Positions 40,400 through 51,309 of a stretch of 64,000 bases of DNA are shown piece by piece (within the stretch, counting starts at the first letter, position 1; each line of letters begins with the position of its first letter). Position numbers and translations under genes: made by a program. The stretch lies in NCBI RefSeq assembly GCF_022846255.1, contig NZ_AP025682.1, one strand, 5' to 3'. The stretch comes from Escherichia coli (lineage in GTDB: Bacteria > Pseudomonadota > Gammaproteobacteria > Enterobacterales > Enterobacteriaceae). Below the pieces are notes generated by a model, which saw only the letters and a list, made by a program, of their open reading frames with translations, was not told the DNA's origin and searched no databases.

Positions 40400-42052
40400 T
40401 CAATTATTCCACCCCAATTTTTTTATTGCTATACGTAAATCTTCCGGAGGATTTAATTTTCCTAACTGTTCTTCATTAATATATCCATATATATTGATTT
40501 TGCCATTCCGGAGGATTTTCATCATTCTTGTTCTAATTTTTAATTCATTACCCATCTTTTCTTCAAAAATCTTAACGACATAACCCGGAAGTTTATTTAC
40601 AATTTCTTTTGTTTTTTCTTCATCACCATAAACATATCCTAACTCATTAAGATACAGCTGTTCGCCCTCATAACACTTAAGTAATTGATAGAAGTACCAC
40701 TTAGCAAAATCAGGTTGCTTCATGAAAAAATCCTTCAAAAAAATATCATTTACTAAAATGCTGACAGGCACTTCATTAAATAGTAACTTAACATCATCAA
40801 ATAACCTTAGTATTAAACGTGATTTTTCTTGATTGCTTAAGCTAAAATCATTGACATATGCAACCAACTTATCCCAAATCAATTCCTGTAATTTACGGCT
40901 ATTTTTATAGGGTTCTTTATCGAGATTGAAAAATAAGGTCTCAGCTATTTTAATTTTAGATTGATCGCAGCTAAAATCTTTAGATTGATCGCGGCTAAAA
41001 TCAATATGATTTATCACAGAGCATGCATGCTTTATCTTTGCTGAATCATCAAAATATTGCATGCTTTTATTAAAACACCAATCCAGTATTCTTACATCAT
41101 TAATATATGGGGATTTTAAAAAAGTCTCCAGAATCGAAACGATGACCGGTGCAAGGTTAACTTTTGCATCATCTAAGGAATCAATAAGAATATGAGACAG
41201 GTTAACTTTGATGTCATTAATTTCATTGTCAGTAGCTTTTTTATTATTAATAAGATAATTATTTAATACGTTAAGGTCATCTATTTCTTTCAGTATCCCT
41301 TTTTTACCCAGCAAGTATGAAATAGATTCATTACATACATAAGGCATTAATAGCAGATGTTCTTTCCTTATTGCTAATAATGCATTATTCAATGGTTTTT
41401 CTAATAAATCCGTAATCGTAGAATCAACTGAACCTTTACAACTCACCTGCGAGTTATTTAAGTCATGAGAATTATTTAACTCCTGCGGAATATTTAATAG
41501 ACGAGCTATTTCCTTGTTAGCTTCGCGTTGGTAACACGCCAGAATCTTGTTAGTAATCAGGTGTAATGAACTCTCATCTTTTCTTTCAAAGGACTTTCCT
41601 TCATAACGATTAGTCGAACCATCAGGTTGTTGAAATATAATAGCCGTATGTCCTTGACGAGTCCCCATAGTAGTGATAGTGGAAAGTGTAATTTCTATTT
41701 CCACCTTAGATAAACCCGCTCGTTCCCCTTCAGGATTATTCATAACAAACTTCATTAACTCACTGCCATCATTATTTTTGATATAAGATGAGGACTCAAT
41801 ATGAGCCATCATATTTCTTCCCGCTTCGTTGGAGCGTTTGCTAAAATCCACATAACCCAGGGTAAATATTTTTACCAAAAACTCCAAAAATGTCTTAGGA
41901 TCAAGGATATTTCTTGTATTATCCTGCCCCTCGGCATTACGGGCAAAATTATTCATTCCAACACGCCAGGTATTTAAAACTTCACTTTTTTGTTTAAAAT
42001 TGTCGGCTAATGTAATGTGTTGAAAATAATTCAAATCTGATATTTTGCTCAT
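40400..42052 (-). CDS. yjgL: AT-rich gene of unknown function in the yjgL position
   Basis: 550-aa ORF between argI and tabA, as in E. coli. Markedly AT-rich. The assignment is mainly positional. Confidence 0.7.
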   Translation of the reverse strand: MSKISDLNYFQHITLADNFKQKSEVLNTWRVGMNNFARNAEGQDNTRNILDPKTFLEFLVKIFTLGYVDFSKRSNEAGRNMMAHIESSSYIKNNDGSELMKFVMNNPEGERAGLSKVEIEITLSTITTMGTRQGHTAIIFQQPDGSTNRYEGKSFERKDESSLHLITNKILACYQREANKEIARLLNIPQELNNSHDLNNSQVSCKGSVDSTITDLLEKPLNNALLAIRKEHLLLMPYVCNESISYLLGKKGILKEIDDLNVLNNYLINNKKATDNEINDIKVNLSHILIDSLDDAKVNLAPVIVSILETFLKSPYINDVRILDWCFNKSMQYFDDSAKIKHACSVINHIDFSRDQSKDFSCDQSKIKIAETLFFNLDKEPYKNSRKLQELIWDKLVAYVNDFSLSNQEKSRLILRLFDDVKLLFNEVPVSILVNDIFLKDFFMKQPDFAKWYFYQLLKCYEGEQLYLNELGYVYGDEEKTKEIVNKLPGYVVKIFEEKMGNELKIRTRMMKILRNGKINIYGYINEEQLGKLNPPEDLRIAIKKLGWNN

Positions 42053-42174
42053 GACGAACTCCTTGAGTTAATAAGAACGTCTAAGCATTACAAATTTTAC
42101 TCACAAAAAAATATCAAAAAACGCTCTTTTCACAAACTCGCCGTAAACCTGGAGTTATTTACGGCGAAAAGTCA

Positions 42175-42639
<465 letters not shown>

Positions 42640-42771
42640 TTAATTAAAACAATGTTTCATTTCTATCGTTATACGAAAAGATGATCAATTCCGCCAGCCT
42701 TAACGCGTGAATTATTGTCTTATCACAACTTATCGGCAGGCGCGTTCCCGCCTTTCGGATCAAGGCCAGCA

Positions 42772-43365
42772 TCACTCCTTGAGAAGAGTTTTTATCGCTT
42801 CCCCCGCCATGGCAGCTGTTGCACAGAGTTGTTCGATGGAGTGCCCCTCCCGTGCCTTCGCAGAAAGCCCTGACATCACGGTACTCATAAAATCAGTCAC
42901 ACATTGTGCGCTTTGTGGATGCCGCCTGGCGATATAGTCATAAATGGTCGTTTCTGCGGCGTGATAATATTGAACGGCAATATCACGCGCTTGTGGATCA
43001 TGACTATGAATACCTTCAAGAACCATACAGCCAGCGCAGCCGCCGTTTTGGCTATATCTGCGCGCCGCTTCTTTTAATACCTCAACCAGGCACTCGCCTA
43101 CCGGACGATCATCACGAAGAATATCGGCAAGCGGAATAGCTTCCGTACCGACATATTCATTGAGTACACGGCTAAATAACCCAGCCTTACTGCCAAAAGC
43201 CGCGTAGAGGCTCGGGGGGTTAATACCAAGATAATCAGTAACTTCAGCAACACTGACAGCATCGAAACCTTTTTGGTGAAAAAGCACTTTTGCCGCAGAG
43301 ACTGCCTGCTCAGGAGCGAAACGTCTGGGACGACCTGGAACGCGAGATTGTTTTTTAGTGACCAT
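42772..43365 (-). CDS. bdcR: TetR-family repressor of bdcA
   Basis: N-terminal TetR HTH (KGFDAVSVAEVTDYLGINPPSLYAAFGSK), divergent from bdcA. Confidence 0.9.
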   Translation of the reverse strand: MVTKKQSRVPGRPRRFAPEQAVSAAKVLFHQKGFDAVSVAEVTDYLGINPPSLYAAFGSKAGLFSRVLNEYVGTEAIPLADILRDDRPVGECLVEVLKEAARRYSQNGGCAGCMVLEGIHSHDPQARDIAVQYYHAAETTIYDYIARRHPQSAQCVTDFMSTVMSGLSAKAREGHSIEQLCATAAMAGEAIKTLLKE

Positions 43366-43435
43366 TACAAAACTTGTTGACAGAAAGTTAAAACAGTTTT
43401 GTAATGCATGTTACATAATAAATCAAGGAGTCCTT

Positions 43436-44149
43436 ATGGGCGCTTTTACAGGTAAGACAGTTCTCATCCTCGGTGGTAGCCGTGGAATCGGTGCCGCTAT
43501 CGTACGTCGTTTCGTCACCGATGGAGCCAATGTACGATTCACCTATGCGGGGTCGAAAGATGCCGCTGAACGCCTGGCACATGAGACTGGAGCGACAGCA
43601 GTATTCACAGATAGTGCTGACAGAGACGCTGTTATTGATGTCGTTCGTAAGAGCGGCGCATTGGATATCCTGGTGGTAAATGCAGGTATTGGCGTCTTTG
43701 GCGATGCCCTGGAATTAAATGCCGACGATATTGATCGCCTTTTCAAAATCAATATTCATGCTCCTTATCATGCCTCTGTTGAAGCCGCCCGGCAGATGCC
43801 CGAAGGCGGGCGTATCTTAATCATCGGCTCCGTGAATGGCGATCGTATGCCTGTTGCAGGCATGGCTGCTTATGCCGCCAGTAAATCTGCCCTGCAAGGC
43901 ATGGCGCGCGGGCTGGCCCGTGATTTTGGACCGCGTGCGATCACCATTAACGTCGTCCAGCCAGGACCAATTGATACCGACGCTAATCCCGCCAACGGGC
44001 CAATGCGCGATATGTTGCATAGTTTTATGGCCATCAAAAGACATGGGCAACCGGAAGAGGTCGCTGGTATGGTCGCATGGTTAGCAGGGCCAGAAGCCAG
44101 TTTTGTTACCGGCGCGATGCATACCATTGATGGCGCATTTGGCGCATAA
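43436..44149 (+). CDS. bdcA: c-di-GMP-binding biofilm dispersal mediator (SDR)
   Basis: MGAFTGKTVLILGGSRGIGAAI..., YAASK motif, 237 aa from the internal ATG. Confidence 0.9.
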   Translation: MGAFTGKTVLILGGSRGIGAAIVRRFVTDGANVRFTYAGSKDAAERLAHETGATAVFTDSADRDAVIDVVRKSGALDILVVNAGIGVFGDALELNADDIDRLFKINIHAPYHASVEAARQMPEGGRILIIGSVNGDRMPVAGMAAYAASKSALQGMARGLARDFGPRAITINVVQPGPIDTDANPANGPMRDMLHSFMAIKRHGQPEEVAGMVAWLAGPEASFVTGAMHTIDGAFGA

Positions 44150-44280
44150 CCGGCTACGCTCAATTAAGCCCAGCCATTATCCATGATGTCTGGGTTTTGT
44201 TTACTCACGTCGTCCCCCTAAAAGCGGCTCCCGGTAAATATAAATCTTCTGTTCATGTCGTAAATCTTGAGGATAACCAA

Positions 44281-44676
44281 ATGGTAGAAAGAACCGCTGT
44301 TTTCCCTGCTGGCCGACATTCACTGTATGCTGAGCATCGTTATTCTGCGGCTATTCGTTCCGGCGATTTGCTGTTTGTTTCCGGGCAAGTAGGAAGTCGA
44401 GAGGACGGAACACCAGAACCCGATTTTCAGCAACAAGTCAGACTGGCATTTGATAATTTGCATGCGACCCTGGCTGCTGCGGGATGCACTTTTGACGATA
44501 TCATTGATGTTACGAGCTTTCATACCGATCCAGAAAAACAATTTGAAGACATCATGACGGTGAAAAATGAAATATTTAGCGCCCCACCTTATCCAAACTG
44601 GACGGCGGTGGGTGTTACCTGGCTGGCTGGCTTTGATTTTGAAATTAAAGTAATAGCGCGCATCCCTGAGCTGTAA
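44281..44676 (+). CDS. yjgH: RidA/YjgF-family (RutC-like) protein
   Basis: MVERTAVFPAGRHSLYAEHRYSAAIRSGDLLFVSGQ..., 131 aa from the internal ATG. Confidence 0.88.
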   Translation: MVERTAVFPAGRHSLYAEHRYSAAIRSGDLLFVSGQVGSREDGTPEPDFQQQVRLAFDNLHATLAAAGCTFDDIIDVTSFHTDPEKQFEDIMTVKNEIFSAPPYPNWTAVGVTWLAGFDFEIKVIARIPEL

Positions 44677-44956
44677 GCAATAGTGTTAGCCGTGAGTTTT
44701 CACGCTCCGCCCTATAAGTCGGATGAATGGAATAAAATGCATATCGGATTGGGTGAAAGTGAAAAAGAAAAAAGCAGGAAATGTCTGCAATTATTGATAC
44801 CGAACGACCATTCCCCTCCAGAACCATAGAAAATAAAAATGCACATACTTTGACTTTTAATTCAAATAAACCGTTTGCGCTGACAAAATATTGCATCAAA
44901 TGCTTGCACCGCTTCTGGCTATGAGTATAATGCCGGACAATTTGCCGGGAGGATGT

Positions 44957-45091
44957 ATGGTTCAGTGTGTTCGACATTTTGTCTTACCGCGTCTGAAAAA
45001 AGACGCTGGCCTGCCGTTTTTCTTCCCGTTGATCACCCATTCCCAGCCCCTCAATCGAGGGGCTTTTTTTTGCCCAGGCGTCAGGAGATAA
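44957..45091 (+). CDS. pyrL: pyrBI operon leader peptide
   Basis: MVQCVRHFVLPRLKKDAGLPFFFPLITHSQPLNRGAFFCPGVRR (44 aa), ending 4 nt before pyrB. Confidence 0.9.
   Translation: MVQCVRHFVLPRLKKDAGLPFFFPLITHSQPLNRGAFFCPGVRR
45045..45072 (+). terminator. pyrBI attenuator (UTP-sensitive rho-independent terminator inside pyrL)
   Basis: AGCCCCTC-aatc-GAGGGGCT followed by T8. Confidence 0.9.
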
Positions 45092-45094
45092 AAG

Positions 45095-46030
45095 ATGGCT
45101 AATCCGCTATATCAGAAACATATCATTTCCATAAACGACCTTAGTCGCGATGACCTTAATCTGGTGCTGGCGACAGCGGCGAAACTGAAAGCAAACCCGC
45201 AACCAGAGCTGTTGAAGCACAAAGTCATTGCCAGCTGTTTCTTCGAAGCCTCTACCCGTACCCGCCTCTCTTTCGAAACTTCCATGCACCGCCTGGGTGC
45301 CAGCGTGGTGGGCTTCTCCGACAGCGCCAATACATCACTGGGTAAAAAAGGCGAAACGCTGGCCGATACCATTTCGGTTATCAGCACTTACGTCGATGCG
45401 ATAGTGATGCGTCATCCGCAAGAAGGTGCGGCGCGCCTGGCCACCGAATTTTCTGGCAATGTACCGGTACTGAATGCCGGTGATGGCTCCAACCAACATC
45501 CGACACAAACCTTGCTGGACTTGTTCACCATTCAGGAAACCCAGGGGCGGCTGGAAAATCTGCACATTGCGATGGTCGGTGACCTCAAATATGGCCGCAC
45601 CGTTCACTCCCTGACTCAGGCGCTAGCGAAGTTCGACGGCAACCGTTTTTACTTCATCGCGCCGGACGCGCTGTCAATGCCGCAATACATTCTGGATATG
45701 CTTGATGAAAAAGGGATCGCCTGGAGTCTGCACAGCTCTATTGAAGAAGTGATGGCGGAAGTAGACATCCTGTATATGACCCGCGTGCAAAAAGAGCGCC
45801 TGGACCCGTCCGAGTACGCCAACGTGAAAGCGCAGTTTGTTCTTCGCGCCAGCGATCTCCACAACGCCAAAGCCAATATGAAAGTGCTGCATCCGCTGCC
45901 GCGTGTTGATGAGATTGCGACGGATGTGGATAAAACGCCTCACGCCTGGTACTTCCAGCAAGCAGGCAACGGGATTTTCGCTCGCCAGGCGTTACTGGCA
46001 CTGGTTCTGAATCGCGATCTGGTACTGTAA
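45095..46030 (+). CDS. pyrB: aspartate carbamoyltransferase catalytic chain
   Basis: STRTR, HPTQ, HPLPR motifs, 311 aa. Confidence 0.96.
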   Translation: MANPLYQKHIISINDLSRDDLNLVLATAAKLKANPQPELLKHKVIASCFFEASTRTRLSFETSMHRLGASVVGFSDSANTSLGKKGETLADTISVISTYVDAIVMRHPQEGAARLATEFSGNVPVLNAGDGSNQHPTQTLLDLFTIQETQGRLENLHIAMVGDLKYGRTVHSLTQALAKFDGNRFYFIAPDALSMPQYILDMLDEKGIAWSLHSSIEEVMAEVDILYMTRVQKERLDPSEYANVKAQFVLRASDLHNAKANMKVLHPLPRVDEIATDVDKTPHAWYFQQAGNGIFARQALLALVLNRDLVL

Positions 46031-46042
46031 GGGGAAATAGAG

Positions 46043-46504
46043 ATGACACACGATAATAAATTGCAGGTTGAAGCTATTAAACGCGGCACGGTAATTGACC
46101 ATATCCCCGCCCAGATCGGTTTTAAGCTGTTGAGTCTGTTCAAGTTGACCGAAACAGATCAGCGCATCACCATTGGTCTGAATTTGCCTTCTGGCGAGAT
46201 GGGGCGCAAGGATCTGATCAAAATCGAAAATACCTTTTTAAGTGAGGATCAGGTTGATCAGCTGGCGTTATATGCACCGCAAGCCACGGTTAACCGTATC
46301 GACAACTATGAAGTGGTTGGCAAATCGCGCCCCAGTCTGCCAGAGCACATCGACAATGTGCTGGTCTGCCCGAACAGCAACTGTATCAGCCATGCCGAAC
46401 CGGTTTCATCCAGCTTTGCCGTGCGAAAACGCGCCAATGATATCGCGCTCAAATGCAAATACTGTGAAAAAGAGTTTTCTCATAATGTGGTGCTGGCCAA
46501 TTAA
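46043..46504 (+). CDS. pyrI: aspartate carbamoyltransferase regulatory chain
   Basis: C-terminal Zn cluster CPNSNCISH...CKYCEK, 153 aa. Confidence 0.96.
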   Translation: MTHDNKLQVEAIKRGTVIDHIPAQIGFKLLSLFKLTETDQRITIGLNLPSGEMGRKDLIKIENTFLSEDQVDQLALYAPQATVNRIDNYEVVGKSRPSLPEHIDNVLVCPNSNCISHAEPVSSSFAVRKRANDIALKCKYCEKEFSHNVVLAN

Positions 46505-46576
46505 TTGCGGTTGGTAATAAAAGTCTGGCTCCCTATAATGAGCCAGACTTTTTACCGCTGTAATAAAGGAGAAATC

Positions 46577-46963
46577 ATGAGCAAAACTATCGCGACGGAA
46601 AATGCACCGGCAGCTATCGGTCCTTACGTGCAGGGCGTTGATCTGGGCAATATGATTATCACTTCCGGTCAGATCCCGGTAAACCCGAAAACGGGCGAAG
46701 TCCCGGCAGATGTCGCTGCACAGGCGCGTCAGTCGCTGGATAACGTAAAAGCGATCGTCGAAGCCGCTGGCCTGAAAGTGGGCGATATCGTTAAAACCAC
46801 CGTGTTTGTGAAAGATCTGAACGACTTCGCAACCGTTAATGCTACCTACGAAGCCTTCTTCACCGAACACAACGCCACCTTCCCGGCACGTTCTTGCGTT
46901 GAAGTTGCCCGTCTGCCGAAAGACGTGAAGATTGAGATCGAAGCGATCGCTGTTCGTCGCTAA
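46577..46963 (+). CDS. ridA: enamine/imine deaminase RidA
   Basis: MSKTIATENAPAAIGPYVQGVDLGNMIITSGQIP..., 128 aa from the internal ATG. Confidence 0.94.
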   Translation: MSKTIATENAPAAIGPYVQGVDLGNMIITSGQIPVNPKTGEVPADVAAQARQSLDNVKAIVEAAGLKVGDIVKTTVFVKDLNDFATVNATYEAFFTEHNATFPARSCVEVARLPKDVKIEIEAIAVRR

Positions 46964-47019
46964 TCTTGATGGAAATCCGGGCTATCATGCCCGGATTAAG
47001 TCTAATGACAAACGCAAAA

Positions 47020-47112
47020 TTGCCTGATGCGCTACGCTTATCAGGCCTACGTGATTCCTGCAATTTATTGAATTTGTAGGCCTGATAAGGCATTTACGCC
47101 GCATCCGGCATG
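47020..47112. repeat. REP elements
   Basis: TGCCTGATGCGCTACGCTTATCAGGCCTAC ... GTAGGCCTGATAAGGCATTTACGCCGCATCCGGCA. Confidence 0.8.
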
Positions 47113-47168
47113 AACAAAGCTCACTTTGTCTGCAATCTGATTCCGGGCCACCATGCCCAGTTTATTCT

Positions 47169-49865
47169 TTACTGCCAACCGTAACGACGGCTATAGAACC
47201 CTTTCACCAACTGGGTTAACGTCATATACCCTGCCAGAATCGCAACCAGCCACGGGAAATAGCTTAACGGCAGCGCCTGCAGCTGCAGATAACTGGCCAG
47301 CGGTGAAAACGGCAATGCGATCCCGACAATCATCACGATCACGGTCATAATCATTAACGGCCACGATGCACAGCTCTGAATAAACGGTACACGACGGGTG
47401 CGGATCATATGCACAATCAGCGTTTGCGACAGTAAGCCCACCACAAACCAGCCCGACTGGAACAGCGTTTGCGTTTCCGGCGTGTTGGCATGGAATACCC
47501 ACCACATCAGGCAAAACGTCAGAATATCGAAAATCGAGCTGATCGGTCCGAAGAAGACCATAAAGCGCCCCAGATCCGCCGGATTCCAACGCTGCGGCTT
47601 TTGAATTTGCTCGTCGTCGACGTTATCAAATGGGATCGCCACCTGTGACACATCGTATAGCAGATTTTGAATAAGCAAGTGTAGCGGCAACATCGGCAGG
47701 AAGGGCAAGAAAGCACTCGCCACCAGCACGCTGAACACATTACCGAAGTTAGAGCTCGCCGTCATTTTGATGTATTTCAGCATGTTGGCGAAAGTGCGAC
47801 GTCCCTCAATAACCCCCTCTTCCAGCACCATCAGGCTTTTTTCCAGCAGGATGATATCAGCCGCTTCACGGGCAATATCTACCGCGCCGTCCACAGAAAT
47901 GCCGATATCCGCAGCGCGTAAGGCGGGCGCATCATTAATACCATCGCCCATAAAGCCAACCACATGCCCTTCGCGCTTCAGCAACGTTACGATGCGTTCT
48001 TTATGCATCGGCGTCAGACGAGCAAACAGCGTGGTGCGCTGTGCGAGATTTGCCAGTTCGTCGTCAGATAGCGTTTCAATATCACTACCAATGACCACCT
48101 CTCCCGCGTCCAGCCCCACTTCATGGCACACTTTCGCTGCAACTAACTCACTGTCGCCAGTAAGGATTTTTACGGTAATTCCACTCGCTTTTAATGCCTT
48201 CAGTGCCGGAGCGGTTGTCTCTTTTGGCGGATCAAGGAAAGCAATATATCCTTCGAGGATCAGGTCGGATTCATCCGCCCGCTGGTAATCTCCTTCACGC
48301 GCTGGCAGGTATTTCGTCGCCACCGCAACCACGCGCAGCCCCTGACGATTCAGCGTATCAGTAACCCGCTTAATCTTACGCAGCATGGTGTCATCGAGCG
48401 GTACAATCTCGCCATTGTGACGCACTTGCGAACACACATTGAGGATTTCCTGCAATGCGCCTTTGCAAACCAACTGATGGTGTTCGGTATTTTCTGCCAC
48501 AACCACCGACATCCGACGACGCTCGAAATCAAACGGAATCTCATCAATTTTTTGCCAACGGCTGGCCAGCGAGCGCGCTGACTCTTCATCCGTACCTTCG
48601 AGCACCGCTGTATCAAGCAGGTTTTTAAGCCCGGTCTGGTAATGGCTGTTCAACCACGCGCTATGCAGCACGCGTTCGCTAGTTTTACCGGAGATATCGG
48701 TATGATTCTCCAGCACAATTTTATCCTGTGTCAGGGTGCCGGTTTTATCAGTGCACAGAATATCCATTGCGCCAAAGTTCTGAATGGCATCCAGATGTTT
48801 GACGATCACTTTCTGTTTCGACAACTTGACTGCGCCACGCGCCAGCGTCGAGGTAACAATCATCGGCAACATTTCTGGCGTTAAGCCTACCGCGACCGAA
48901 AGCGCAAACAGTGCCGCTTCCCACCAGTCACCTTTGGTGTAACCGTTGATAAGCAACACCACCGGAGCCATCACCAGCATAAAGCGAATCAGCAGCATAC
49001 TGACGCGGCTAATCCCTTGCTGAAAGGCATTCGGCTCGCTTTCCTGCTCACTAACACGCCCCGCCAGTTGACCAAACCAGGTATTGGCACCTGTGGCAAT
49101 CACCATTGCTTGTGCCGTGCCGCTCACCACGGTGGTGCCCATAAAACACAGGGTGTCGCACTCCAGCGGATTGCTGTGCTCCGGCTGGCGAGTGGTAGCG
49201 GCTTTTTCCACGGGCAGAGACTCACCGGTTAACGACGCCTGAGCGACAAACAGATCCCGCGCCTGCAAGATACGTAAATCTGCCGGGATCATATCCCCCG
49301 CCGCCAGTTTTATAATATCGCCGGGCACCAGTTGGTCTATCGGGATTTCCAGCCAGCCATTTTCACCTTTATCGTTAATTACGCGCAGTACCGTCGCGGT
49401 ATTACTGACCATCGCTTTCAGGGCATCTGCCGCTTTGGTGGAACGAGCTTCCTGAATAAAGTTCAGCAACGTAGAAATAGCGACCATTAGCGCGATAACA
49501 CCTGCGGCAAATAAATCTTCCGTGGCGTAAGAAATAGCACCAAGAATGGTGAGCAAAATATTAAAGGGGTTGCGATAGCAGACCCATAAATGTACCCACC
49601 ACGGCGACGGTTGTTGTGCGGGTAATTTATTTTCACCATGTTGTTCGCGGGCAGATTCCACTTCCGCCAGATTTAACCCTTCCGGATGGGTGTCGAACGT
49701 TTTCCACAATTCTTCTTCGGGCATCACCGCCATTTTCAGGCAATGCGCACTTAAAGAAGGCGGGACCGCCGCATTCACTGTCTGCTGCGCGCCAGGCAAT
49801 GGATCACGATGAACCAGACGGGAAGGTAAATGGCGAATGAGCCGGGTAAAAATTTCTTTAAACAT
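47169..49865 (-). CDS. mgtA: Mg2+-importing P-type ATPase
   Basis: DKTGTLT phosphorylation motif, TGES, MGDGINDAPAL, 898 aa. Confidence 0.96.
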   Translation of the reverse strand: MFKEIFTRLIRHLPSRLVHRDPLPGAQQTVNAAVPPSLSAHCLKMAVMPEEELWKTFDTHPEGLNLAEVESAREQHGENKLPAQQPSPWWVHLWVCYRNPFNILLTILGAISYATEDLFAAGVIALMVAISTLLNFIQEARSTKAADALKAMVSNTATVLRVINDKGENGWLEIPIDQLVPGDIIKLAAGDMIPADLRILQARDLFVAQASLTGESLPVEKAATTRQPEHSNPLECDTLCFMGTTVVSGTAQAMVIATGANTWFGQLAGRVSEQESEPNAFQQGISRVSMLLIRFMLVMAPVVLLINGYTKGDWWEAALFALSVAVGLTPEMLPMIVTSTLARGAVKLSKQKVIVKHLDAIQNFGAMDILCTDKTGTLTQDKIVLENHTDISGKTSERVLHSAWLNSHYQTGLKNLLDTAVLEGTDEESARSLASRWQKIDEIPFDFERRRMSVVVAENTEHHQLVCKGALQEILNVCSQVRHNGEIVPLDDTMLRKIKRVTDTLNRQGLRVVAVATKYLPAREGDYQRADESDLILEGYIAFLDPPKETTAPALKALKASGITVKILTGDSELVAAKVCHEVGLDAGEVVIGSDIETLSDDELANLAQRTTLFARLTPMHKERIVTLLKREGHVVGFMGDGINDAPALRAADIGISVDGAVDIAREAADIILLEKSLMVLEEGVIEGRRTFANMLKYIKMTASSNFGNVFSVLVASAFLPFLPMLPLHLLIQNLLYDVSQVAIPFDNVDDEQIQKPQRWNPADLGRFMVFFGPISSIFDILTFCLMWWVFHANTPETQTLFQSGWFVVGLLSQTLIVHMIRTRRVPFIQSCASWPLMIMTVIVMIVGIALPFSPLASYLQLQALPLSYFPWLVAILAGYMTLTQLVKGFYSRRYGWQ

Positions 49866-50130
49866 AAGGAGTCCCTCCGCACTGTCTGAAACAGTACAGA
49901 AATGTCTTCAGGCGTGGCGAAGCCTTACCTGAAGGTAATAAAGCTGAGCAGGGACGTTAAAACGTCACGGCCTTACGCATCCGGTAACGCCGTGAAAAGA
50001 CGGGCTTACCGGAAAAGTTTTAATCTCCGTCGAGGGAGAGGCGTGGGATCAGGTTCCATATAACCTCCGGTAAGTGAAAAAAGCGCCGCAAATAATAAGG
50101 AGAATCCAATAATATTCGTAGCATTTATGG
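49866..50130 (-). promoter_or_regulatory. mgtA 5' leader (Mg2+/proline-responsive attenuator region containing mgtL)
   Basis: Long untranslated region upstream of mgtA that contains the mgtL ORF. The upstream extent is approximate. Confidence 0.7.
50006..50059 (-). CDS. mgtL: mgtA leader peptide
   Basis: [17 protein letters not shown] (17 aa, proline-rich), read as the C-terminal part of track ORF 50006..50347. Confidence 0.85.
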
Positions 50131-50243
50131 CGATATAATACCTGCTGGCAACTAAACCAACGATAAACCAGACTTTACCCATTGCTGAATGCACAGGTAA
50201 AGTTAGGCTCAAATAATTAAACAACACGTTATGGGACAACAGG

Positions 50244-51191
50244 ATGCAAAATCGGCTGACCATCAAAGACATCGCGCGCTTAAGCGGCGTGGGGAAATCT
50301 ACGGTTTCCCGGGTGCTGAATAACGAAAGCGGCGTGAGCCAGCGCACGCGCGAGCGTGTTGAAGCAGTGATGAATCAGCATGGATTTTCCCCTTCCCGCT
50401 CTGCGCGCGCTATGCGTGGGCAAAGCGATAAAGTGGTCGCCATCATTGTTACCCGTCTGGATTCGTTGTCAGAAAATCTCGCCGTTCAAACCATGCTGCC
50501 AGCGTTCTATGAACAAGGTTACGATCCAATCATGATGGAAAGTCAGTTTTCCCCACAATTAGTTGCCGAACATTTGGGGGTGCTGAAACGGCGTAATATC
50601 GACGGCGTAGTGCTGTTCGGTTTTACCGGCATAACAGAAGAAATGTTAGCCCACTGGCAGTCATCGCTGGTTCTGCTGGCGCGTGACGCAAAAGGCTTTG
50701 CTTCGGTCTGTTATGACGACGAAGGGGCAATCAAGATCCTGATGCAACGGCTGTATGACCAGGGACATCGTAATATCAGCTATCTCGGCGTGCCGCACAG
50801 TGACGTGACGACCGGTAAGCGACGTCACGAAGCCTACCTGGCGTTCTGCAAAGCGCATAAACTGCATCCCGTTGCCGCTCTGCCAGGGCTTGCTATGAAG
50901 CAAGGCTATGAGAACGTAGCAAAAGTGATTACGCCTGAAACTACCGCGTTACTGTGCGCAACCGACACGCTGGCACTTGGCGCAAGTAAATACCTGCAAG
51001 AGCAACGCATCGACACCTTGCAACTGGCGAGCGTCGGTAATACACCGTTAATGAAATTCCTCCATCCGGAGATCGTCACCGTAGATCCCGGTTACGCCGA
51101 AGCTGGACGCCAGGCGGCCTGCCAGTTGATCGCGCAGGTCACCGGGCGCAGCGAACCGCAACAAATCATCATCCCCGCCACCCTGTCCTGA
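50244..51191 (+). CDS. treR: trehalose operon repressor (LacI family)
   Basis: MQNRLTIKDIARLSGVGKSTVSRVLN HTH, 315 aa. Confidence 0.94.
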   Translation: MQNRLTIKDIARLSGVGKSTVSRVLNNESGVSQRTRERVEAVMNQHGFSPSRSARAMRGQSDKVVAIIVTRLDSLSENLAVQTMLPAFYEQGYDPIMMESQFSPQLVAEHLGVLKRRNIDGVVLFGFTGITEEMLAHWQSSLVLLARDAKGFASVCYDDEGAIKILMQRLYDQGHRNISYLGVPHSDVTTGKRRHEAYLAFCKAHKLHPVAALPGLAMKQGYENVAKVITPETTALLCATDTLALGASKYLQEQRIDTLQLASVGNTPLMKFLHPEIVTVDPGYAEAGRQAACQLIAQVTGRSEPQQIIIPATLS

Positions 51192-51230
51192 TCGTTTCCC
51201 GAACGATAAATTGTGATCTTCGCTGTGTTT

Positions 51231-51244
51231 CGGGAACGTTCCCG
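51231..51244. promoter_or_regulatory. palindromic candidate TreR operator in the treB promoter
   Basis: CGGGAACGTTCCCG is a perfect palindrome. A second IR TCGTTTCCCGAACGA lies at 51192-51206, and a CRP-like half-site TGTGAT at 51212. Confidence 0.55.
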
Positions 51245-51309
51245 TTTTTAAATTTTTCCGCGCAATATATTCTGCAGCCAACCAAAAATGTCATCTGCCA
51301 TGGGGCTTT

